The notes beneath the pieces are model-generated. The model did no database searches, was not told the origin of the DNA, and was given only the letters and a program-made list of their open reading frames with translations. The position numbers were made by a program, and so were the translations under genes. From Patescibacteria group bacterium (lineage in GTDB: Bacteria; Patescibacteriota; Patescibacteriia; UBA1558; GWA2-36-10): DNA of 64,000 nt. Positions 46,615-55,228 of this stretch are shown one piece after another. How positions within the stretch are numbered: position 1 is the stretch's first letter; every line of letters begins with the position of its first letter. The stretch lies in the NCBI GenBank assembly GCA_041665545.1, contig JBAYIQ010000001.1, positions 222,448 to 286,447 of the forward strand. The letters are read 5' to 3'.

Positions 46615-47709
46615 CTATCTATTCCTGATATAGACACTTTGGGCCATACCCAAAGCGATCATCACTGACCACAAGGAACTGCCACCACCAGAAACCAGTG
46701 GCAAGGGAATGCCAGTAACTGGTGAAATGCCCATATTCATACCAATATTAATAAAAGCTTGTACCAAAAGCATGCCCACAATACCTAAGACCAAATAACA
46801 GCCATAGTCATCCTGAGCCAAACGAATAATCACAAATAAACGATAAATGATAAAAGCCAAGAGCCCCAAAGTCAACAAAACTCCTAGGAAACCAAGGTCT
46901 TCGGCAATTACCGCAAAAATAAAATCAGTGCCTGGTTCTGGCAAAAAGCGCAAATTGCTTTGTGAACCCAGGGCCAATCCTCTGCCCCACAACTGACCAG
47001 AACCAACGGCGGTCATTGATTGCAAAACATTGTAACCTCGCCCTTGCGGATCTAAGCCGGGATTCAAAAAAACCATTATTCTAGATTTTTGGTAAGGCGC
47101 CAAAACAAAAAACCAAGCGCAAGTGACTATCACAATACCAACGGCCAGTAACCAAAAAAAATATTTTTTTCTCAAACCCGTAAACAACAGCATGACTAAC
47201 CAAATACCAATAATTACTAGTGATGAACCCAAATCTGGTTGTTGCATTACCAGACCAACATAAAACAAAGTAATCAAGCCGGAGTAGACTATATGCTTAA
47301 ACATATAAAACTCCCTGGCATTATCCGAAAAATATCTGGCCAACAAAACCAAAGAAGCCACTTTGGCAAATTCTACTGGCTGTAGGCTCAAAGGTCCAAT
47401 CACTATCCAACCAGTGGTGCCGTTTATTTCTTTACCCAAAAAAATCACGACTACTAGCACCAAAGCAAACAAAACATAAATCAACTTACTAAAAGTTGAC
47501 CATACTTTGTAATTAATATTGGCCACCAAAAAAAATAAGACCAAGCCCAAAAGTATAAAAATAATCTGCTTTTTGAAAATCAAAAAATCTGAACCCTCGA
47601 TATTAAGATTCAAGCTATACAATATACTGGCGCTCAAAAACAACAAAAAAAGCATAGCAAAAAAAAGCAGCCAGTCTAAGCGGCGCAAAGTAGACAAAAA
47701 ATCCCTCAT
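46615..47709 (-). CDS. rodA: SEDS glycosyltransferase, probably RodA
   Basis: QPVEFAK, QPDLGS, YQKSRI, TDFIFAVIAED, TGIPLPLVS. Confidence 0.88.
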   Translation of the reverse strand: MRDFLSTLRRLDWLLFFAMLFLLFLSASILYSLNLNIEGSDFLIFKKQIIFILLGLVLFFLVANINYKVWSTFSKLIYVLFALVLVVVIFLGKEINGTTGWIVIGPLSLQPVEFAKVASLVLLARYFSDNAREFYMFKHIVYSGLITLFYVGLVMQQPDLGSSLVIIGIWLVMLLFTGLRKKYFFWLLAVGIVIVTCAWFFVLAPYQKSRIMVFLNPGLDPQGRGYNVLQSMTAVGSGQLWGRGLALGSQSNLRFLPEPGTDFIFAVIAEDLGFLGVLLTLGLLAFIIYRLFVIIRLAQDDYGCYLVLGIVGMLLVQAFINIGMNMGISPVTGIPLPLVSGGGSSLWSVMIALGMAQSVYIRNR

Positions 47710-48581
47710 AGTCTTAATCTATTTTGATTGTCGGGAGTCAATTCTGATGACTTATAATTATTTTTATCCAACCAGTTCAACACTGGCCAAACTTCTGCTC
47801 TAGTAGCCCGTGGCAAATTATAAGCCCAAGTAGCTTCAATGGGCCTAGTTTCTAAAGACTCAAAATCACGCTCATTGACTTCAGCCACACCAATGATGTT
47901 GTCATTTTCAAACAAAGCCACTTGCCAACCCACTTCCCAAAAGTTAAACAATGACTTATTTTTGGCTTGCCATGACACCTGCGCTGGCAATTTGACATTC
48001 TGACCATTGACTACCACTGAGCTTTCTCCTTGATATTTCAAATCATTGATCTCCCAAGAAATTTGTGGCGTATCAGTTTGCAGGCGTTGCCAACGAACCT
48101 TGTCAATCTCCACATTGACGCTACCAACAGAAACATCCACCTTATAACCGAGTTGCAAAAGCAGATGCTGATCCGAAGCATTCAAAAAAGAGGTTCTAAA
48201 TGGCAATTCTTGGCCATTGACTATAAAACGATATTCCAAAGAAGACACCAACCAATCTTCATTGGGATTTTTGATGGTGGCCACCAAATTATAAATGCCA
48301 TTACCCAAAGTTAGTGCCTTGGCCTGTCCTAATTCAATGTCTATAGGCGCTTCTTCTTGGTGATAGGCCGACCAAGCGCCATTTTTTTTGACTGTTTCCG
48401 AAATCTCCAGCCAACTAGGGGCTTGGACATAGCGCACCACATTGATTACCAGTATGGCATAGATAATAAAAATTATTAAAAAAGAAAAAATCCAAGCCAA
48501 ACGAATAAACATGGCTTTGTGTTGCAAGACATACATGCCGCGCTTAAGGTCTTTCTCTGATAGCGGTTCAAAATAATCCAT
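47706..48581 (-). CDS. Membrane-anchored hypothetical protein
   Basis: ORF track, 291 aa, one TM helix, overlaps the rodA start. Confidence 0.8.
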   Translation of the reverse strand: MDYFEPLSEKDLKRGMYVLQHKAMFIRLAWIFSFLIIFIIYAILVINVVRYVQAPSWLEISETVKKNGAWSAYHQEEAPIDIELGQAKALTLGNGIYNLVATIKNPNEDWLVSSLEYRFIVNGQELPFRTSFLNASDQHLLLQLGYKVDVSVGSVNVEIDKVRWQRLQTDTPQISWEINDLKYQGESSVVVNGQNVKLPAQVSWQAKNKSLFNFWEVGWQVALFENDNIIGVAEVNERDFESLETRPIEATWAYNLPRATRAEVWPVLNWLDKNNYKSSELTPDNQNRLRL

Positions 48582-48697
48582 AAATTAGCATCACTAATAT
48601 GGTTATTATACTAAAAAATTGCTTCCAAGACAACTATTTGGCGATAGTGGAAAAATTATGTTATAATGAACTCACTAATTGATTAAATTATACTTTC

Positions 48698-49000
48698 ATG
48701 TTTGACACTTCAAAAGACGTACTAAATTTAGTGCTAAGTATCTCCATTTTTTTGGTGGCGGCTGCTTTGGCTTATCTTTTGTTCCAAATGTCCAAAACAT
48801 TTCGAGCCATGAATCACGTGGTCGAAGGCGTGGAAAAAATTGTCAAAGCCATTGAAGAAAGCATTGAAAGATTCAAAGACAAAACCAGCAATATTGCTAC
48901 TTATCTCACTGTGGTATTAAAGACTGGCCAGCAGATATTGGAAATGGTTCAAAACAAAAGAGCCGCTCGTCGTAGCAAAAAAAGCGCCGGGCCGGAATAA
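48698..49000 (+). CDS. Small membrane/coiled-coil protein (DUF948-like)
   Basis: N-terminal TM helix followed by an amphipathic helix; upstream TG-T-TATAAT. Confidence 0.7.
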   Translation: MFDTSKDVLNLVLSISIFLVAAALAYLLFQMSKTFRAMNHVVEGVEKIVKAIEESIERFKDKTSNIATYLTVVLKTGQQILEMVQNKRAARRSKKSAGPE

Positions 49001-49083
49001 AACAAAAACCAAAACAAACACCCCGATAATATTTTGTTGCCTTACAAATTATCGGGTTTTATTGTTCGCGCCAAAAAACAAAA

Positions 49084-52000
49084 ATGTTTATTCACCTACA
49101 TACTCATTCACACTATAGTCTGCTTGACGGCTTGGGCACCATAGATGGATTGATCGCGGAAGCGAAAAACCAAGGTGCTACGGCTTTGGCTTTGACTGAC
49201 CATGGATCCATGTATGGGGTAATTGAGTTTTACCAAAAATGCCGCAAAGCTGGTCTCAAGCCAATAATTGGCGTCGAGTCTTATGTCACTCCCGGCCAAT
49301 TGACTGATCGCAGTTCCAAAGAAAAACCCTACCATCTCATACTCCTAGCCGAAAACAACGAAGGTTATCGCAATTTATTAAAATTAACCAGCATTGCCCA
49401 TTTGGAAGGTTTTTATTATAAACCACGACTGGATTGGGAAACGCTCAAAAAATATTCAGCTGGACTAATTGCTTCTACCGCCTGCCTCAATGGACCGCTA
49501 GCCCGACATATTTTGGCGCGTCAAAATGACACCGCTGAAAAAAATTTAAAAATTTTACTGGATATTTTTGGGCCAGACAGATTATTTATCGAATTGCAAA
49601 GCCGTCGCAATACTGATCAAAATATCGCTAACCAAGGAATGGTGGCCCTAGCCAGAAAATACAATGTACCGCTTATTGCCACCAACGACATCCATTATGT
49701 AAAAAGCACTGATGATCAAGCCCAGGATGTTTTGCTTTGTATTCAAACCAAACAAAAACAATCCGATCAAAACCGCATGTCTTATTTGGGTGAAGACTTT
49801 TCCATGTTTTCTGAAAATATGATGCGGGATTTTTTTATTGACACTCCTGAGGTCATAGACAACTGCCTCAAAATTGCCGAGCGCTGTAATGTAGAAATAG
49901 AATTAGGAAAAATACAATTACCAACCTACGATTTACCGGCTGGGGTGACCCCCGAAAAAGAATTAGAAAACTTATCTCGCTTAGGCGTTGAAAAAAGATT
50001 TGGAAAAAAACTGGAAGAATTGCCAAAAAATATTAGCGAACGACTGCAGTATGAACTATCAGTCATTGAGCGCACTGGCTATGCTGCTTATTTTCTAATT
50101 GTTCAAGATTTTGTCAACTGGGCCAAGAACAACAAAATAATCGTCGGCCCGGGCCGCGGCTCAGCCGCTGGCAGTTTGGTATCGTATCTGATTGGCATCA
50201 CCAACATTGACCCCATCAAATACGACTTGCTTTTTGAAAGATTTTTAAACCCTGAGCGTGTTTCCATGCCTGATATTGATATGGATTTTGCCGACACTGG
50301 ACGCGATGCTGTCATCCAATATGTGGAAAACAAATACGGCAAAGACCATGTGGCCCAAATAATCACTTTTGGTACTATGGCGGCCCGGGCCGCTATCCGT
50401 GATGTCGGCCGAGTTTTGAGCTACAGCTACAGCTATTGCGACCAAGTAGCCAAAATGATCCCCATGTTTATGTCTTTGAAAGAAGCTCTAAACACTGTGG
50501 AAGAAATCAAACGCCTCTACAATGAAGACCCCGAAGCTCAAAGATTGCTGGATATGGCCAAAAAATTGGAAGGCCTAGCTCGTCACACCTCCACTCATGC
50601 TTGCGGTGTCTTGATTACCAAAGAGCCACTAGTCAACCATGTGCCCATCCAATACGCCAGCTCTGATGACAAAACTATTATTTCTCAATATTCTTTGCAC
50701 CCCATTGAGGATCTTGGCTTGTTGAAAATGGACTTTTTGGGCTTAAAAAACTTGACCATCATTGAGCAGGCCATTGATATTATTGAAGCCACTGAAAAAA
50801 TAAAAATAGATTTGGACAACATACCCTTGGATGACAAAAAAAGTTTTGCGCTTTTACAACGCGGGGAAACAACTGGTGTTTTCCAACTAGAATCTGGGGG
50901 CATGAAGCGCTATTTGAAACAACTAGTGCCCACTGAACTAGAAGACATCATTGCCATGGTCTCGCTTTATCGCCCTGGTCCCATGGAATTTATTCCTGAC
51001 TTTATTGAAGGCAAACATGGTCGCAAAAAAATAACCTATTTACATCCTCGCTTGGAACCGATTTTGAAAAATACTTACGGCATTGCTATCTACCAAGAGC
51101 AAATCATGCGCATTGCCAGCGATTTGGCTGGCTTTAGCTATGGTCAAGCCGATGTTTTGCGCAAAGCAGTTGGTAAAAAAATCAAAGAACTTTTAGTGGA
51201 GCAAGAGGTGGCCATGATCGCTGGCATGTCCAAAAACGGCCTTGACAAAAAAACCGCGGAAAAAATCTGGGAATTTATTTTACCTTTTGCTCGCTATGGC
51301 TTCAATCGATCACACGCCGCTTGCTATGCCATGATCGCCTATCAGACCGCCTACCTCAAGGCCAATCACCCTGAGGCTTTTATGGCCGCTCTACTTACTT
51401 CTGACCAAAACAATATTGATCGCATCACCATCGAAATAAATGAGTGCCGTAAAATGGGTATTGAAGTACTGCCACCAGATATCAATGAAAGTTTCAGCGA
51501 CTTTACAGTGGTCATGAGCAAAGACCCGCAAATAAAAAATAAAATGCGCTTTGGCTTGAAAGCCGTAAAAAATGTTGGCAAACATATTGCCAAGGAAATA
51601 ATCCACGAAAGAAAAGAGCGTGGCCCTTACAAATCAGTAGAAGATTTTCTACTGCGCATCAAAGATAAAGATTTAAACAAAAAATCATTGGAAAGTTTGA
51701 TCAAGGCCGGTGCCTTTGATTCCTTTATTACTCGTGGGCAAGCTTTGGGCAACTTGGATAAGCTATTGGAGTTTCACAAAAGAGTGCAAAATGACCACTC
51801 CAGTGGTCAAAACAATCTTTTTGCTGATTTACCACTGGCCGCTCCTATTTTTTCTTTGAAATTAAACCAATTTCCAGACGCTGAAGACAACATCAAACTA
51901 ACTTGGGAAAAAGAACTGCTCGGCCTCTATATCAGCAACCACCCCTTCAAAGAATACTTGGATATTTTACCCCAACATGTTGTCCGACTATCTCAGCTCA

Positions 52001-52521
52001 AAAATCGCGATGGTCAAGAAGTGACTGTGGCTGGCATTGTCACGGCTATACAGAAAAAAATAACCCACAAGGGACAAAATATGCTTTTTGTCAGTTTGGA
52101 AGACTCTTTTGGCTCCTGCGAAGTGTTGATTTTCCCCAAAACTTTGGAAAAAACTTTTGCTTTATGGAAAGACGAGGTCAAAGTCGTAATCCACGGGCGC
52201 GTCACTGAAAAAGATGGCCAGCCCAAAATTTTGGCTGAAAGCGCTGAATTGATCAATGACCAAACTATTAAACAATGGCAATCTGGCAAGCTAATCAACC
52301 ACCGCCTGTGGATAAAATTACCAGCTGAATTCCAAAAAGAGGGCTTAAGTATCATAAAAAAAATATTAGAAACCAAACCCGGCAATACGCCAGTCTACTT
52401 GGAAATAAATAATGGCAAATCACGAAAATTAAAAACCAACCTAAAAGTTTCACCAGATGAAAAGCTAAAAAAAGAAATCTGCGATCTACTAGGACCAAAT
52501 GGTTGGGAATTAAGTAGCTAA
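49084..52521 (+). CDS. dnaE: DNA polymerase III alpha subunit
   Basis: HLHTHSHYSLLDG, GPGRGSAAGS, MPDIDMDF, YGFNRSH. Confidence 0.98.
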   Translation: MFIHLHTHSHYSLLDGLGTIDGLIAEAKNQGATALALTDHGSMYGVIEFYQKCRKAGLKPIIGVESYVTPGQLTDRSSKEKPYHLILLAENNEGYRNLLKLTSIAHLEGFYYKPRLDWETLKKYSAGLIASTACLNGPLARHILARQNDTAEKNLKILLDIFGPDRLFIELQSRRNTDQNIANQGMVALARKYNVPLIATNDIHYVKSTDDQAQDVLLCIQTKQKQSDQNRMSYLGEDFSMFSENMMRDFFIDTPEVIDNCLKIAERCNVEIELGKIQLPTYDLPAGVTPEKELENLSRLGVEKRFGKKLEELPKNISERLQYELSVIERTGYAAYFLIVQDFVNWAKNNKIIVGPGRGSAAGSLVSYLIGITNIDPIKYDLLFERFLNPERVSMPDIDMDFADTGRDAVIQYVENKYGKDHVAQIITFGTMAARAAIRDVGRVLSYSYSYCDQVAKMIPMFMSLKEALNTVEEIKRLYNEDPEAQRLLDMAKKLEGLARHTSTHACGVLITKEPLVNHVPIQYASSDDKTIISQYSLHPIEDLGLLKMDFLGLKNLTIIEQAIDIIEATEKIKIDLDNIPLDDKKSFALLQRGETTGVFQLESGGMKRYLKQLVPTELEDIIAMVSLYRPGPMEFIPDFIEGKHGRKKITYLHPRLEPILKNTYGIAIYQEQIMRIASDLAGFSYGQADVLRKAVGKKIKELLVEQEVAMIAGMSKNGLDKKTAEKIWEFILPFARYGFNRSHAACYAMIAYQTAYLKANHPEAFMAALLTSDQNNIDRITIEINECRKMGIEVLPPDINESFSDFTVVMSKDPQIKNKMRFGLKAVKNVGKHIAKEIIHERKERGPYKSVEDFLLRIKDKDLNKKSLESLIKAGAFDSFITRGQALGNLDKLLEFHKRVQNDHSSGQNNLFADLPLAAPIFSLKLNQFPDAEDNIKLTWEKELLGLYISNHPFKEYLDILPQHVVRLSQLKNRDGQEVTVAGIVTAIQKKITHKGQNMLFVSLEDSFGSCEVLIFPKTLEKTFALWKDEVKVVIHGRVTEKDGQPKILAESAELINDQTIKQWQSGKLINHRLWIKLPAEFQKEGLSIIKKILETKPGNTPVYLEINNGKSRKLKTNLKVSPDEKLKKEICDLLGPNGWELSS

Positions 52522-52549
52522 AAATAGCCGAAAACTATTTTTTTATTAC

Positions 52550-52622
52550 GTCATTCCTGCGCAGGCAGGAATCTAATTTTTTGTACATGTTAGCTAGATC
52601 TCGCAATAAATGCGGGATGACG
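52550..52622. repeat. REP/MITE-like double-hairpin element
   Basis: GTCATTCCTGCGCAGGCAGGAATCTA..TAGATCTCGCAATAAATGCGGGATGAC. Confidence 0.85.
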
Positions 52623-52679
52623 ATAAAAGAATAATTTGGTATAATATAAGCAGCTTAAATCTTATTTAACAGGGTAATT

Positions 52680-53810
52680 ATGACCAGCAAAATAAAAACA
52701 AAAAATAGTATTTACGTAAAAATAATTAGCTTCTTTTTGGTGTTGACCATTGGAGCTATTTTTTTAATCCTGCACTTTGCTCTGTCCAAAGCCACTATCA
52801 AAATTTTTAGCCGAGCCGAAGACCAAAATAAACAAATCGTTATTACCTTACAAGCCGAAAATGCTGAAGGCGTTTCTAATGAATCTTTGATTGGAAAAAT
52901 AATGAGCGTTGATTTGGAGCTGGAAGCCAGCGCTCCCAGTACCAGCGAAAATATCCCCTCTGAAAAAGCCGGCGGTCAAGTGATTATTTACAATAAATAC
53001 AGCAAAGACCAAACATTAGTAAAAACTACGCGCCTACTGACTTTGCTTGGCAAAATTTACCGCATTTCTGAAAATGTAAATGTGCCAAAAGGCGGTCAAG
53101 TCAAGGTTTGGGCTGAAGCTGATCAAATTGGCGCTGATTATGTCAGTGACGCTATTGAAAAGATGACTATCCCCGGCCTCTGGCCTCAGCTTCAGGATGT
53201 GATATACGCCTCGGCTCCCAATGGCTTCAAACAAGAAAGCCGACCCGGCTACAAAGTAACTAAGGAAAATATCGATACTGCCCAAAATAATTTGCTGGCT
53301 GAGGCCAAAAAACAAGGCGTAGAAAAAATAAACAGTTTATTGACTGACGATTTAAAGATTGATGCCGATCGCCTATTTATCAAACAAGAAATTATCAGCT
53401 CAAATGCTGTCAATGACAATAGCCCTGAAGCAACTATCCAAGAAAAATTAACCATATACGGATTGGTTTTTTCGGTGGCTGATTTGTACAAATTAGCTGA
53501 AAAAAAATTCAGTTCTCAGCTGGCTAGTGACCAAAGTGTCATGGAATTTTTGCCTGATCAATACACTTACAAAATATCAGAAATTGATGTGGCCAAAAAT
53601 CAAGCCATAATAGAAGTAAGTTTAGATGCTAAAATAAAATCCAGCAGTCACCCTTGGCTGATTGATAAATCAAGATTAGTGGGCTTAAACGCTGAGCAAA
53701 TCAAGGAATATTTGAAGGGTGAGTTCAATATTGAAGAGGCCGAAGTAAAATTTTATCCTTTTTGGGTAAAAACCGCGCCCAAGCTTAAGGATCATATTAT
53801 TATTGAATAG
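52680..53810 (+). CDS. Membrane-anchored hypothetical protein (baseplate-J-like segment)
   Basis: KAGGQVIIYN..QTLVKTTRL, VWAEADQIG, TIPGL, PFWVKTAP. Confidence 0.75.
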   Translation: MTSKIKTKNSIYVKIISFFLVLTIGAIFLILHFALSKATIKIFSRAEDQNKQIVITLQAENAEGVSNESLIGKIMSVDLELEASAPSTSENIPSEKAGGQVIIYNKYSKDQTLVKTTRLLTLLGKIYRISENVNVPKGGQVKVWAEADQIGADYVSDAIEKMTIPGLWPQLQDVIYASAPNGFKQESRPGYKVTKENIDTAQNNLLAEAKKQGVEKINSLLTDDLKIDADRLFIKQEIISSNAVNDNSPEATIQEKLTIYGLVFSVADLYKLAEKKFSSQLASDQSVMEFLPDQYTYKISEIDVAKNQAIIEVSLDAKIKSSSHPWLIDKSRLVGLNAEQIKEYLKGEFNIEEAEVKFYPFWVKTAPKLKDHIIIE

Positions 53811-53837
53811 ATTATTTAAAAATCGCTGACCGTAGCA

Positions 53838-53910
53838 TCATCCTGAACTTGGTTCAGGATCTCCTAATAACTAAAGTAAATTGGAGATGCCGAAATAAAT
53901 TCGGCATGAC
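53838..53910. repeat. REP-like double-hairpin element (second family)
   Basis: TCATCCTGAACTTGGTTCAGGATCTCC..GGAGATGCCGAAATAAATTCGGCATGAC. Confidence 0.75.
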
Positions 53911-53939
53911 GGATAAGATCAGTGATTTTTTATTTTTCC

Positions 53940-53994
53940 CAAAAAGAAAAGGGCTCGGAACTCTCACCGCGGATGGTGAAAAAATTCCGAGCCC
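53940..53994 (-). terminator. Long intrinsic terminator
   Basis: GGGCTCGGAATTTTTCACC-ATCCGC-GGTGAGAGTTCCGAGCCC-TTTTCTTTTT. Confidence 0.75.
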
Positions 53995-54021
53995 CAAGAG
54001 CCCTAGGCCCGAAGGCCCAGC

Positions 54022-54783
54022 TTACTCCCGAAAGGCCGGCACCGCCCACTCGTCGCACTGACTGCCAAGGTGAAAGGTGCGCAGCCAGAACTGACGCATA
54101 TCAGCATCCCAGCCGAAACACGGCACGAACTGCCAGTCTAGAAAGATGGGGGCGCAGGCCTCGTAACCAGGCAAGAAGACATAGGGAATATCCTTGCCGT
54201 TCATGGCCGACACCCACTTCGGACTGTAGTAAGCCATCCAGAGAATGGCCGCGGCCGGAGACTGGACAGAGTCGCGCACGTCCACGGACTTGCGGTTCTG
54301 GTTGGCACCCAGATCCACGATGCGCCACTTGAGACCTCGGCTGTGCTGACCCGAAAGCAGACGCAAGTGCTCGGAATCGGACAGAAGCCCACCCAAGCGA
54401 CTACTATTCGGCTGCTTGCTGGCGGCCAGCTGCCAGGCCGTATCGAAAGTCCGTTGAACGGTGTCCAAACAGACCTCCAGTATGACGACCGTCAGACGCG
54501 TGGTGTTGGCAGGCACAGGAGCCTGACCGAGCTTGATGAAATCCTCGTCGGTGAAGCCCCAGCAGTGCTGGACGTTAAGCACCTTGACCATGGAAAGCTG
54601 CTGAGCCGGGGTGGCGAACATGCCGTGGATGAGGTCGCACTCGAAGCCGCGACCCTCGACGATGCACTGCAGTTGATCGATGGTTGTGTTGAAGAGAATC
54701 GTGCCCTGATTGGCACGCCGCTTCACCTCGTCCAGTCTCCTGTCTAGTACTCTGTACTGCTCGTCGGACAATACGCTCGTCAT
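54022..54783 (-). CDS. GC-rich hypothetical protein with a C-terminus resembling DGR-target (C-type-lectin-like) variable regions
   Basis: Start MTSVLS at 54783 behind AAGGAGGG; ends W..VPCFGW....R..WL........WAVPAFRE. Confidence 0.7.
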   Translation of the reverse strand: MTSVLSDEQYRVLDRRLDEVKRRANQGTILFNTTIDQLQCIVEGRGFECDLIHGMFATPAQQLSMVKVLNVQHCWGFTDEDFIKLGQAPVPANTTRLTVVILEVCLDTVQRTFDTAWQLAASKQPNSSRLGGLLSDSEHLRLLSGQHSRGLKWRIVDLGANQNRKSVDVRDSVQSPAAAILWMAYYSPKWVSAMNGKDIPYVFLPGYEACAPIFLDWQFVPCFGWDADMRQFWLRTFHLGSQCDEWAVPAFRE

Positions 54784-54940
54784 GACAAGCCCTCCTTTTG
54801 ATATTTTGCTGTTTTTTAGTATTTGGCTTATCCAAAACACCAAAAAACAACGGTTGTGAAAGAACAATATAATATATAACTTTTTAATAATTTTGTCAAT
54901 ATCTTACAAAATAAAATAATATGCTGTATAATTATTTTTG

Positions 54941-55108
54941 CTTTAGACGATTGGAATAGCTACCAACTATCCCCCCTACTAGGGTGCCTGCAAGGCCTAA
55001 GTCTAAACCTAATTGAGTGTCCTCTTTTTTGGGGAAACTTGGGTGGAACCACCCCTCGACTCGCTACGCTCGCTCGGGGTCCCAAGACAATCTGTCTTGG
55101 GTTATTTT
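54941..55108 (+). promoter_or_regulatory. T-box riboswitch upstream of thrS
   Basis: T-box AACTTGGGTGGAACCAC; antiterminator CTTGGG/CCCAAG plus ACCCC/GGGGT around a TGGAACC bulge; competing terminator CCCAAGACA-ATC-TGTCTTGGG-TTATTTT; TATAAT at 54927. Confidence 0.8.
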
Positions 55109-55118
55109 AATTCTTTAA

Positions 55119-55193
55119 TGTCATTCCTGCGAAGGCAGGAATCTAGAATATAAAATTATAAACTAGATCCCGCAACAAGTGCGGGATGACGGC
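55119..55193. repeat. REP/MITE-like double-hairpin element
   Basis: TGTCATTCCTGCGAAGGCAGGAATCTAG..CTAGATCCCGCAACAAGTGCGGGATGACGG. Confidence 0.85.
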
Positions 55194-55228
55194 AAATAAA
55201 AAACTTAAATAAATTATAGCAAAAAAAT

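Noticed and set aside
52680-53810. Prophage suggested by the baseplate-J-like segment
   Set aside because: Single membrane-anchored gene with host-like composition and no other phage genes.
53849-54747. Plus-strand ORFs 53849-54061, 53922-54332 and 54343-54747
   Set aside because: They arise from GC-rich antisense sequence and repeats; the minus-strand ORF has the SD, promoter and terminator.
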